Origin: Lepidodermella squamata
Taxonomy: Eukaryota; Animalia; Gastrotricha
Length of the DNA stretch: 64,000 nucleotides
Assembly (NCBI GenBank): GCA_047495785.1
Contig: JBLDXI010000032.1
Coordinates: forward strand, 1,550,001-1,614,000
Reading direction: 5' to 3'
A model generated the notes under the pieces. The model did not search any database and had not been told where the DNA came from. It saw only the letters and a program-made list of their open reading frames with translations. A program made the position numbers and the translations under genes. Below, in pieces: positions 62,977 to 64,000 of this stretch (within the stretch, counting starts at the first letter, position 1; the number at the start of each line of letters is the position of its first letter).

Positions 62977-62991
62977 GTGGCCATTAGCAAC
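62977..62991. promoter_or_regulatory. RFX X-box in the dynein promoter
   Basis: GTGGCC-ATT-AGCAAC matches GTNRCC-N0-3-RGYAAC, ~155 bp upstream of the dynein ATG. Confidence 0.65.
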
Positions 62992-64000
62992 GACAGCATC
63001 TCCCACGTTCAATATTATTGTGCACCCGATATAGCGATCAAATTGTTGCGCGCTTCGTATATGCCGTTTCCTTTTATTAGGCAGTTGAGTGTGCCATATG
63101 TAATAATAACGAATCAGGTATAGGTATAGGTACAGGATAAAAAAAATCGAAGGCGTTGACGCGCTTCGTGCTATAAATTATGCACGTGGCTTTTTTGTGC
63201 GCGACCGGTGAAATTGGTTACTAACTCGCGAACTCGCCTGCGATAATATTTTGCCGGCAGTGCTGTGATCGATTTCTATCCGATCGGATGACTTAGCTCT
63301 ACTAGCCTGGTAGAGAAGGTGGCTCGATATCGTGTGTGTTCACTTGGCCCTTCGCAGTGACCTCAAAAGTTCCTATTATTACTATGACCTATACTTGCCG
63401 TGCGCATTCAAAAAGAGCCGCAATATCTGTTATTGGTAGTGTCAATGTAGGTCACACATATACGAGTCAGATACGTTTTTAATTCAAAATCCAACAATCA
63501 CATATTACCAGTCTCAGCCGGAGAATTGTGTTGCTTTTTGTTGTCAGAGGTTCGATATAACTTTCAGTATCATTCCCCCCCCCTCCTCCCCATTGATAGG
63601 GTAGCTGGAAGAAGCCGCCGGAGGCGAGTTTGTTGACTGTAGTGCGTATCGTTTTTAATGAGAATTGGAAAATTTCAATATAATTGCGACATCGATCTTT
63701 TCAATGTAAAAGCGTGGATGCATCAAATATTTTTGAACCTCACCTATTTTCAGTAAAAAATTTACTATGATTTTGGCATCCTTTTGTTTCTGTTGCTTCT
63801 TTATGTTTTTATCATGATTATATTTGACCGCTTTTTATGCTGCTGAAATCTGAAGAATCCACGCGAATAGCATGGAGACAGCTGGCAAACAAAAGCCAAT
63901 TTTAACGCGTTCCATTTTCCTTTTTTCTCGCCTTATTGCTTTTAACATTTTTAAGAGTTCTCGCCTTCATTATTGTTGTTTTTGCCGCTAAAAATAACTG

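Overview
Eukaryotic genomic DNA from a gene-dense animal genome with motile cilia (mostly 48-72 bp GT-AG introns; probably a small invertebrate, which is inference). Recognisable genes: four M13/neprilysin-like ecto-peptidases (one lacking HExxH), three tandem alkaline phosphatases, two divergent GABA-B-like class C GPCRs (one nested antisense in a dynein intron), an intronless ankyrin/SOCS-box gene, a bacterial-type CtlX-like amidinotransferase with spliceosomal introns, and a complete DNAH5/8-type outer-arm dynein heavy chain. Hand-splicing reveals what the ORF track largely misses: seven small genes encoding secreted ~90-160 aa precursors. They share an 8-cysteine framework C-x10/11-C-x8-11-C-x2-C-x4-C-x8-15-C-x5-C-x7-C and conserved intron phases, and I cannot assign them to a known family. 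This is the best candidate for an undescribed system. Also present: a small Myb-like gene, an orphan secreted peptide gene, a frameshifted orphan WD40 exon, a CAC-terminated non-autonomous DNA transposon carrying a tRNA-derived Pol III head, and RFX X-boxes. All gene models are manual; no database searches were run.
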